From positions 54,587 to 118,586 of the IMG/VR virus record IMGVR_UViG_3300036823_000117: a DNA stretch of 64,000 nt; one strand, 5' to 3'. A program made the translations under genes and the position numbers. The DNA is from a virus. The notes under the pieces are model-generated. The model did no database searches. It had not been told where the DNA came from and saw nothing but the letters and a program-made list of their open reading frames with translations. How positions within the stretch are numbered: the stretch's first letter is position 1; each line of letters starts with the position of its first letter. Shown here in pieces: positions 56,510-64,000 of this stretch.

Positions 56510-56857
56510 GTGGTTCCCCTCGTTTGTTTTCGGTTTCAGCCCGCCGCCAGGTGGCGGCGGGGGGTCAGGCAGCTTTCGCCCGGCGGCCTTTCCCGCCGCG
56601 GATCACCCGCAACGGCCGGCGACCACCGCCCCGGTGGGACCGGTCGAATTCCTCGACCTCGGCCAGCAGCAGCGCAGCGTTCTCCGCGGCCTGCGCCCTG
56701 GTCACCGGGGCCAGCCACCCAACAGGAGTCGGCCGGCACGGCAGGCCCTCAGCAGCGAACCGGCGGACCGCGTCCTCGTACACGCACGTCCCGCACGGCC
56801 GCTCCCCCGCCGCCTGGTGCGCCAGTAAGCCGGCCAGCGTGCCGCACGACGGCCGGA

Positions 56858-57397
56858 TCACGACGCCTCCTCGAACAGGGTTAGCGGGGGCTGTTCCCCC
56901 GGCTCGGATGGTCGTGACGCCGTCGTCCAGGCGCGGGCGTCCTGGTTGCAGATGCGCTCCCAGAGGCCGCGTTCGACACCGTCTGCGCCGCGGTCCTCGC
57001 GCGGCCGGCCGGGCATGTCCCAGCCGGGGCGGGCCTTCCGCTTAGCCACCTCAACGAACCCGGCCGCGCGAAGAGACGCGCCGCTCTCTTTGTCCAGGTT
57101 GTAGGTGATGACGCGGTAGTACCCCGAGCCCTTGCACGTCCGGGCCGCAGCGCCGTAGAGCAGCGACGACGCGTTCCGGGTTCCGTCGGTCGCGACCCGC
57201 GTGATCTCCAGCGTCAGCCCGTCGTCGAAATGCCGGGCGACCGGCCGACCCGTGAGCGCTACGCCGCGGAGAATGTCCTGGTCGTCGGCTACCGCGTGCC
57301 GGAAGATGCTGCGCAGGGGGGGCGCTAGGTGCCGGTGCCACACGGTCACGAACTCGCAGGCGGCATCCCAGGAGACCGGCACAATGCGGAGGCTCAC
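56858..57397 (-). CDS. XF1762-family (Mom-like GNAT fold) protein
   Basis: FVTVWHRH, GRPVAR, LEITRVATDG, ESGASLRAAG. Confidence 0.8.
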   Translation of the reverse strand: MSLRIVPVSWDAACEFVTVWHRHLAPPLRSIFRHAVADDQDILRGVALTGRPVARHFDDGLTLEITRVATDGTRNASSLLYGAAARTCKGSGYYRVITYNLDKESGASLRAAGFVEVAKRKARPGWDMPGRPREDRGADGVERGLWERICNQDARAWTTASRPSEPGEQPPLTLFEEAS

Positions 57398-58227
57398 GAC
57401 GCCGCCTCCGCGCTGAACAACTCGAGTGGCGCTGCAGGGAACGGCCGGTTCGACCACAACACCTCGGTCCGGTTCCCCCACGTCTCCGCGTTCTGCCCCG
57501 TGCCGGCCGTGAACTCGGTCCGGTTCCATCCTGCGTAGAGCTCGTCGTACAGCGGCGACGGGTAGCCCGACAGCACCACCGAGGCCCTGGCCTTGCGAAG
57601 TGCCCCGGCCAGGTCGCGGTGATCAGCGTCGGTCATCTTGTGGCGGTAAGCGTCACTCGAACGGGTTGACCGGACGTAAGGCGGGTCGACGTACAGCAGC
57701 ACGCCCTCGGCCCGGCCGTACCACTCGACCAGCTCGAGTGCCGGCCGGCATTCCAGCGAGACATGGTGCAGCCGCTCGGCCGCCGAGGCGATGCGCTCGG
57801 CGTAGGCCGTCAAGTAGTCGGGCATCCCGAACGACCCCGTCGGCTTCACGAAGTGCCGCCAGCCTGTAGTACACAACGTCCCAGCACGCCCCTGCGTGAG
57901 ACGCACCCACACCCGCCGCGCCACCTCAAGCTCGCCGCCCTGGGGGGGGGCGTCGACTGCCTCAACGTCCCGGAATTCGGCCAGGGAATGCGGGGTCAGC
58001 GCGCAAGCCCGCTCGAGATCGGCGGGGCGGTCCCGCAGGACGCGCCAGAACGTCTGCAGGGCCCGGTCAAGGTCATTGACGGTCTCCATGGCCGACACGG
58101 GCTTGGCCAGCATCACGGACAAGGAACCGCAGTACGGCTCGACATAGTGACCATGCGCAGGCAGCAGCGCAGCGATCCGGGCGCCAAGGATTTGCTTCCC
58201 GCCGAAGTACGGCACGGGCGGCTTCAC
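57394..58227 (-). CDS. DNA adenine methyltransferase (Dam/D12 class)
   Basis: YFGGK, YVEPYCGS, VNDLD, YVDPPY. Confidence 0.92.
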   Translation of the reverse strand: MKPPVPYFGGKQILGARIAALLPAHGHYVEPYCGSLSVMLAKPVSAMETVNDLDRALQTFWRVLRDRPADLERACALTPHSLAEFRDVEAVDAPPQGGELEVARRVWVRLTQGRAGTLCTTGWRHFVKPTGSFGMPDYLTAYAERIASAAERLHHVSLECRPALELVEWYGRAEGVLLYVDPPYVRSTRSSDAYRHKMTDADHRDLAGALRKARASVVLSGYPSPLYDELYAGWNRTEFTAGTGQNAETWGNRTEVLWSNRPFPAAPLELFSAEAAS

Positions 58228-58607
58228 GACGCACGCCCGAGGTCATGCCGGGCCAGCGCCGCCGCAGTCGCCGGCGCGTTCTCAGCGATCATCTGCCGGG
58301 CCTTTGCCGCACCCCGCGCCGACGTGTCCTCCGGGTCAGCGACCGGCTGGGCTTTCAGCGTCGGCTTCCGCGACGCGATCGTCAGATCCTCCGGATCCGA
58401 ACCCTCCGTCGTGATCAGCCGGGCAGCGAACCCCGCTACCTTCGCCCACGGCCACTCCGACCGCGCCGCATTAATCGCCGCACCCAGCTGCGTCGCGAAA
58501 TTCGGGGAACGCTCCGCCGCCGCCCACACCAGCAGCTGCGTCGGAGCGACCTTCAACGTCGCGTCCTCCGGGGTCTTCTCCCACTTCGGGGCATCCGGGT
58601 CGCTCAT
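58224..58607 (-). CDS. hypothetical protein
   Basis: Coupled ORF downstream of replication gene. Confidence 0.5.
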   Translation of the reverse strand: MSDPDAPKWEKTPEDATLKVAPTQLLVWAAAERSPNFATQLGAAINAARSEWPWAKVAGFAARLITTEGSDPEDLTIASRKPTLKAQPVADPEDTSARGAAKARQMIAENAPATAAALARHDLGRAS

Positions 58608-58942
58608 GCCGAGCCGCCAGCCGATTCCTGCCGGGCCGCCGCGCGCTCCCGGGCCCGGATCAGGGACCGGCGCTGGGCATCTCGCAGCTCAGGGGATGTC
58701 GGGTTCGTGATGGCCCAGAGTTCGACCTCAACGAACTTTCCGTCGGACATCCGAACCAGGATCAGCGGGGCGTCCGGCGCGGCGATGTCGTCGCCGAGCA
58801 GCGCCAGGTGGATCGCGTCCGCGACCTCGTAGACCTCGCTCTCGATACGAAATGCACCCGCGTCCCGGAAGTGCCGGTAAAGCACGCCGGTCAGCGCGTA
58901 GTCCAGGCGGCCGCCCTCGTTGATATCGGTGGTCATGGTCAT
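58604..58942 (-). CDS. hypothetical protein
   Basis: ATGA-coupled ORF. Confidence 0.5.
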   Translation of the reverse strand: MTMTTDINEGGRLDYALTGVLYRHFRDAGAFRIESEVYEVADAIHLALLGDDIAAPDAPLILVRMSDGKFVEVELWAITNPTSPELRDAQRRSLIRARERAAARQESAGGSA

Positions 58943-59655
58943 GCTCCGTTCCGGCTGGCCGCGGCGGCGGCCTCCTGCTGGCGGATGAACTCGGCCAGCG
59001 CGTTGGACTGGCGGTCGACCTCGGCCGCGACGTCAGTGCGGCTGCTTGTGAAACTGATGCCGCCGTTGACTGCACCGTCGTTGCTGCTTTCCACCTCAGG
59101 TGAGGTCAACAGATGATTCGGAGGCTGACGGCTCAGTACTGACGGGGTATCTGACGGAGTGGGGATCACTATTGGTGAGACCCGTTCGTCGATTTTTGAG
59201 ACCCGTTGCCCCTCGTTTTGAGACCCGTTGTGGATAACTTCCTCGGGACGGGTCTCAACGATCGTGAGATGCGAACGGGTCTCAGCTTCCGTGAGATCTG
59301 TTCGGTCATCCTCAAACTCCGAACACGTCTCACCTTGCGTGAGACCTGAACGGGTCTCAGCTACTGCGAGACCCGTTGGGGAGAAGTTGTGAAGGATGGC
59401 GATCTCGTAGATCGCCCGCTGGCCCGGAGCCGATTTCCGGACGACCCGGATAAGCCCGGAATCCGTCAGCGCCTTAATGCGCCGGTACAGCGTGGCCCGC
59501 GAGCACTTGCCCCGGGCCATCAGGTGCTCGTGGCCGGGCATGCCTCGACGGGTCTCGTAGCGCGCGTCGAGCGCGATGTCCATCAGGGTCCACCATTCCG
59601 GTCCGGGTCGCTCCGGGCGTGCGGCAGCGACCTCTTCGGCTAGCTGCCAGCCCAT
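58939..59655 (-). CDS. replication initiator/replisome organiser (wHTH)
   Basis: CSRATLYRRIKALTDSGLI wHTH followed by iteron-encoded repeats. Confidence 0.7.
   Translation of the reverse strand: MGWQLAEEVAAARPERPGPEWWTLMDIALDARYETRRGMPGHEHLMARGKCSRATLYRRIKALTDSGLIRVVRKSAPGQRAIYEIAILHNFSPTGLAVAETRSGLTQGETCSEFEDDRTDLTEAETRSHLTIVETRPEEVIHNGSQNEGQRVSKIDERVSPIVIPTPSDTPSVLSRQPPNHLLTSPEVESSNDGAVNGGISFTSSRTDVAAEVDRQSNALAEFIRQQEAAAAASRNGA
59176..59377. repeat. iteron cluster/putative origin
   Basis: TGAGACCCGTT at 59176, 59197, 59219 plus inverted (A)ACGGGTCTCA copies at 59248, 59274, 59349. Confidence 0.7.
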
Positions 59656-59856
59656 AACTGAGGCAGCCTTCCGGGTGTCGTGCTGCTGACTGCCACCGGC
59701 TGGTCGCCCTTTCTCGTGGTGCTGGCAACATCCTTACGACAGGGACACTACACGTCCGGTCTCCATGACGCTATCAGGTTGTAATCTGGCGTGCCAACGT
59801 GTAATACTGGGGACGTCCAGTCGTGTCGTGTCATGATGAGGAGGTGCAAAGCCCGA

Positions 59857-60092
59857 TGACCGCGTCGCTCGCTGCGAAAGCCGAGTTCCGCCACGTCCAC
59901 GACGTCGTGATCCCGGAGATCCGCAAGCGGGCCATGGCCAAGATGGGCCGCACCGTCCTCGACGAGCGCAAGGCGCAGGGCCTGACCCAGCAGCAGGCAG
60001 CCGCCGGCCTGGGTGTCGTCGTCGAGCAGGTCCGCCGGTACGAAGCCGAATGGCGCGACTGGCAGAAGACACACCCCGACGAGGCTCCCTAG
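59857..60092 (+). CDS. HTH (XRE-like) regulator
   Basis: GLTQQQAAAGLGVVVEQVRRYE; divergent from replication gene. Confidence 0.65.
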
Positions 60093-60413
60093 TCACCGGG
60101 CGAACTCCTTCAGCTTGAGCATGTCGAGCAACATGTCGCTGACGGCCATGTCCCAGAGGTGGCCCGGGTGGGTGCAGGCGTCCTTGTCTGGTTCGACGGT
60201 CAGCCCGCATTGCTTCCCGTGACCGACCCGCAGCACGATGTCGGTGATCGTCGCTGCGGCTTTCGCGCACTCTTCGCGGGTGACGTTCCCGAGGGACAGG
60301 TACGGGGTTTCGGATCCGAAGTTGGAGGTCTGGGATGCCCTGGTCCCGGTGCGGGACGCTTCGGCGAACCGGCGGTCGGCGATCTCGTCGCGGGCGCGGT
60401 TGCGGTTGCTCAC
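60093..60413 (-). CDS. hypothetical protein
   Basis: AGGAGG RBS. Confidence 0.5.
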   Translation of the reverse strand: MSNRNRARDEIADRRFAEASRTGTRASQTSNFGSETPYLSLGNVTREECAKAAATITDIVLRVGHGKQCGLTVEPDKDACTHPGHLWDMAVSDMLLDMLKLKEFAR

Positions 60414-60744
60414 GGGGCGTCCTCCTTGGGTGTCACGTCGAACGCGGCGAGGAGCGCCCTGGCGAATGCGCGGGCCGTCCCGGGTGGCACTGACATGGGG
60501 ATGTAGCCGACGATGCGGAGTTCGGCGAGTTCTTGTTCGTCGGCGATCCTGCGGGCCTCGGCTTCGAGGATCGACCGCGCTTCAGATGCTTTCGCTGCGA
60601 GGGCTTTGGCGAGCTCGTCGGCGGTGTCGGCGGTCATGATGCGGTCCCCGGAGCCGAGCACCACCCCGTCGAGGCGCATCATGACCTTGCCGTCGGGCGT
60701 GCATTCCAGCTCGATGCCCGTGAACCTCACGTCCATCCCGGCGG

Positions 60745-61386
60745 TCATACGGCGGCTGCCAGCGGCTCGGCCCCGCGGACGGCGTCGGCCGGCATGGTCG
60801 ACCCGGGGCACCATGGCCTGCCGTGCCGCCGCAGGGACCCGTCCTTGTTCAGGAGGATCCTGCGGTGGCATGCCGCGCATTCCATGCGGCCGTCGCCGGC
60901 GAGGAGCCACGCCTCGAACGCGGGGTTGCACAGGCACGCCGGGGACCGCTTCTCCCGGATCAGCGCGATGGCCTCAGCGGCTGTGTAGCCGTCGAGCATG
61001 AGCACCTTGGCGACGACCAGGCTGGACCGGTTGAGGCCGGCCTGGCATGCCACCAGGGTCGGTCCGTCGGCCCTGCACGCGGCGGCCCACTGGGCCAGGT
61101 GCTCGATGAGCCCCATGTCCTCGCCCAGGCCGTCGAGCATCCGGATGTGGACCGCGGTGGTCAGCTCGTGCTTCGCGGTGTAGGACTCCCACGGGTACAG
61201 CGACACCAGGTGCTTGATCTGCCTGGGGAGGATGAGGCCGTCCTCGCAGCCGCCCTGCCAGAGGTTGTGCGCGATCTCCGTCATGAACGGCACCGAGAAC
61301 GGGATGTTGCCGTGCGCGGCCACGCCGGTCATCCGGCGGGTCAGCGGGTCGGTGGTCAGGCGGATCCGTGTCGGGTCGAGGCTCAC
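60745..61386 (-). CDS. dual-specificity/tyrosine phosphatase-like protein
   Basis: LVACQAGLNRS CX5R motif; AIALIREKR..NPAF. Confidence 0.85.
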   Translation of the reverse strand: MSLDPTRIRLTTDPLTRRMTGVAAHGNIPFSVPFMTEIAHNLWQGGCEDGLILPRQIKHLVSLYPWESYTAKHELTTAVHIRMLDGLGEDMGLIEHLAQWAAACRADGPTLVACQAGLNRSSLVVAKVLMLDGYTAAEAIALIREKRSPACLCNPAFEAWLLAGDGRMECAACHRRILLNKDGSLRRHGRPWCPGSTMPADAVRGAEPLAAAV

Positions 61387-61616
61387 GGGTTTTCTCCGTT
61401 GACGAGGGCGGCGCAGATGTCGCGGAACCGGTCGGGGTGCCCCTCGGCGAGTTGCTCCATGGCTGCTTTGCGGATCCGCCCGGCGGCGTCGGCGGTCTTG
61501 TGGCTGGCGGCGTAGGCGGCGTGGGCGTCCTTGCAGGCCCGGTCGGTTTCTTCGCCGGCGACGATGTGGCGCATGTAGGCGGCGTTGGTCCCGCATGGCG
61601 CCAGGGGCTTGCTCAT
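61383..61616 (-). CDS. small Cys/His protein
   Basis: PCGTNAAYMRH..GE...CKDA; similar to 56565-56861. Confidence 0.55.
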   Translation of the reverse strand: MSKPLAPCGTNAAYMRHIVAGEETDRACKDAHAAYAASHKTADAAGRIRKAAMEQLAEGHPDRFRDICAALVNGENP

Positions 61617-62428
61617 GGCCGTCGTCCTTTCCGGTGACACCAGGCAAGCTCGGCTCGCGCGTTGGCTTCGAAAACCTGGTCGGCGAGCCCGGTGGCGGGT
61701 GCGCCGGCACCCGCCACCGGGGGCACGGAAAGCGGAGGGGCCGGGGACCGGGGGGAACCCGGCCCCTCCGCGCCGGCGCGGGCGGGTACGCGCGCCGGGG
61801 ACACCGCGGGCCCGGGCCGGGGGAACGAACCCTCGCCCGCGGTGCGATCAGGGTGACGGCAGCTCATCGGCGATCAGCAACCCGCCCGAGCCTCGTCGGA
61901 GGGGCGGTGCCGGCTGCCGCTGCGACCTTCACGGCAGCCGGCACCGGCTCAGGGACCGCCGGGGCGGCCAGCCTCGGCGGGGTCGGCGGGCGCTGCGGAG
62001 TCGCCGCGTAACGGGCCCTGATGGCTGCCAGGGCCACGACCACAACCCCGGCGACCATGACCACGATCACGACATACGGGGCCGCGGCAAGCCACGTTGG
62101 GGTCACAGGGCCTCCCCCAGGTAAGCGCGGGCCACCGCAATCGCCGGGTCCACGTCACCGCCGTCATCACCCGCGAGGAACTGCTGCGCCGAATCGCCGT
62201 ACAACTCGTACTGCCGGGCTTCCTGCTCGAGCATCCCCGCGACCGCGTCGACCGTGTCCGGATCCCACCGGGCGCCCAGCTTCCCCGCCGGGCCGCCAAG
62301 GCAGTCGTCGATGACAGCGCGGTACCCGTGCCCCCACGTCCGCGGGTAGCGGGCCATCTCCGCGCGCATCCGCGCCGCGTCCGCGCGCATGATGCCCGCC
62401 GCGCGCTGCAGCTGGGCCAGGGGCGTGG

Positions 62429-62806
62429 TCACGACGCGTCACCCGCCTGGCCGCTGTCGGTTTCCGCGGCGGGCTCATCGCCGGCCGGCGTTTCCGTGGT
62501 TTCGGCCGGCTCGGCCGTGTCAGATCTGGCCGGCTCGCCGCCCTCGGCGGCCGCGGGATCAGCGGCCTGGACCTCAGCGGCGGCCTGGGCCATCTCGGCG
62601 AGACGCGCGTTAGCCCGGGCGGACTGCTGCCGCTCATCGCACGCCTTGATCTGCGCCCGGAACTCCGTCAGCGCCGCCTGGCTCAGGCGCCCGCAGTAGA
62701 ACTGGCCGTCGCCGTCGGTGGTCATGTCCTCGACCTGGCCGGGTTTCCCGCACAACGCGCACGGCACGGTGGTCAGCGGCTTCACTTCCAGAAGTTCATG
62801 CGACAT
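62429..62806 (-). CDS. hypothetical protein
   Basis: GAGGGG RBS; CxxC. Confidence 0.5.
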   Translation of the reverse strand: MSHELLEVKPLTTVPCALCGKPGQVEDMTTDGDGQFYCGRLSQAALTEFRAQIKACDERQQSARANARLAEMAQAAAEVQAADPAAAEGGEPARSDTAEPAETTETPAGDEPAAETDSGQAGDAS

Positions 62807-62894
62807 GGTGTTTCCCCTCGATCGGTCATCACGGGTTCAGCACCCGCGCCAGCCACGGGGGTCGGAGCTGGCGCGGGCACTCAGCCCGCGGCTA

Positions 62895-63623
62895 CTAGTT
62901 CGCCGGGCCCGAGGTGAAGGTGAACTCCTGCGCGTCCGGCGAGACGTTGCCGGTCAGGGTGTTCAGCGGGGCGAGCTTCAGCTGGTTGAGCGGCGACTTG
63001 GTGCCCGAGTCGACCTGCAGCGTCAGCGGGTGACTGAACGACGTGCTGCCACCCGAGACCCACGGGAAGTAGGTGTGGCCGTGGGACGTCTTCTCGTTCT
63101 TCAGGTCACCGACCCAAAGCGTCGAGCCGGACACGCCGCAGGCCTGCAGGGTGACGTTCTCGCCGCTGGCCTCCGGCAGTGCAGCGCCCGCGCACAGGCC
63201 CGTCTCGTTCCCGAACGGCGAGACGTCCGACTCGAACACCGGGTAGAAGAACGGGTAGTTGATGCACACGTACGCGTCCTGCGGGAGCAGGTTGTTGGGC
63301 TTCAGCGCCGTCGAGCAGAAGTCGCCGAGCGTGCCGACCTGCGCCCCGGTGAAGTCCTCGTTGACCTGCGTGTTGCTGGCCACGTGGAGGTTGACGTCCT
63401 GCCCGATCTTCGCGCCGATCCCGGTGTCACCGGGGACGTAGGCGTTCTGGATCGTGCCGCGGCCCAGGAGCAGCGACGACAAGTCGAAGCAGTTGCTGCC
63501 GCACGCCGGGGTGGCGTTCGGACGCACGGTCGCGCCGGCGGGAGCTGCAGCCGACAGGCCGAGGCCCGCGATGCCGGCAGCGGCCGCGAGGACGCCGAGC
63601 GCCCTGGTGAAGCGGTTACGCAT
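62895..63623 (-). CDS. secreted protein
   Basis: AAAGGA RBS; signal peptide ending PAGA; paired Cys. Confidence 0.7.
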   Translation of the reverse strand: MRNRFTRALGVLAAAAGIAGLGLSAAAPAGATVRPNATPACGSNCFDLSSLLLGRGTIQNAYVPGDTGIGAKIGQDVNLHVASNTQVNEDFTGAQVGTLGDFCSTALKPNNLLPQDAYVCINYPFFYPVFESDVSPFGNETGLCAGAALPEASGENVTLQACGVSGSTLWVGDLKNEKTSHGHTYFPWVSGGSTSFSHPLTLQVDSGTKSPLNQLKLAPLNTLTGNVSPDAQEFTFTSGPAN

Positions 63624-63759
63624 GATTGTTCCTTTGGTTCTCGTCTTGCTCGTTGCGGCGCCTGTGTCGACGCCGCGCCCGCCCTCTGGCCGTTGGCCGT
63701 CCTGCCGCGGGGGCGGTTCCGCTCCTTGCCCGGCGCCGGGTGCGCCGGGAGTCTGTGGG

Positions 63760-64000
63760 TTATGCGGTGTCCTCCAGCGGAGGCGCCAGCGCGGCCTCGA
63801 ACGCACGGATGCGGCCGGTAATCCATTCCGGGATGTCCACGGTCACGGCATTACCGATTTGCCGGTAGCGCGCGGAGTCGGACTGCTCCACCAGCTGGCC
63901 GTCGATGAGCTTCCATCGGGTCCAGTCGTCGGGGAATCCCTGCAGGCGCTCGCATTCCCGGGGGGTCAGGCGGCGAACGGCCAGCCCGGCTGTGTCACAG
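63760..64000 (-). CDS. DNA cytosine-5 methyltransferase, C-terminal part (truncated by window end)
   Basis: RRLTPRECERLQGFPDDW...RYRQIGNAV (motifs IX-X). Confidence 0.88.
   Translation of the reverse strand, partial: CDTAGLAVRRLTPRECERLQGFPDDWTRWKLIDGQLVEQSDSARYRQIGNAVTVDIPEWITGRIRAFEAALAPPLEDTA

Overview
High-GC actinobacterial temperate siphophage segment. Left arm (+ strand, 1-26.5 kb): head-tail and tail genes, a -1 frameshifted tail chaperone, tape measure, minor tail and receptor-binding proteins, a GT2 glycosyltransferase and a lysis cassette with an amidase endolysin. Centre: a Ro60/TROVE gene preceded by two Y-RNA-like repeats, an apparently intact attP, a large serine integrase and a tyrosine recombinase. 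A minus-strand array of about 35 tRNAs (33.9-38.7 kb) covers all 20 amino acids. It is interspersed with anticodon-less, circularly permuted tRNA-like modules and other structured RNAs, and is preceded by a short ORF, a terminator and a boxA-like element. A 46-aa secreted pre-pro-peptide gene missed by the ORF track (42010-42150) resembles an arbitrium/Phr-type signal. Right arm (- strand): many small early genes, DNA-modifying enzymes and a replication initiator with internal iterons. All calls come from manual reading; no database search or folding program was run.
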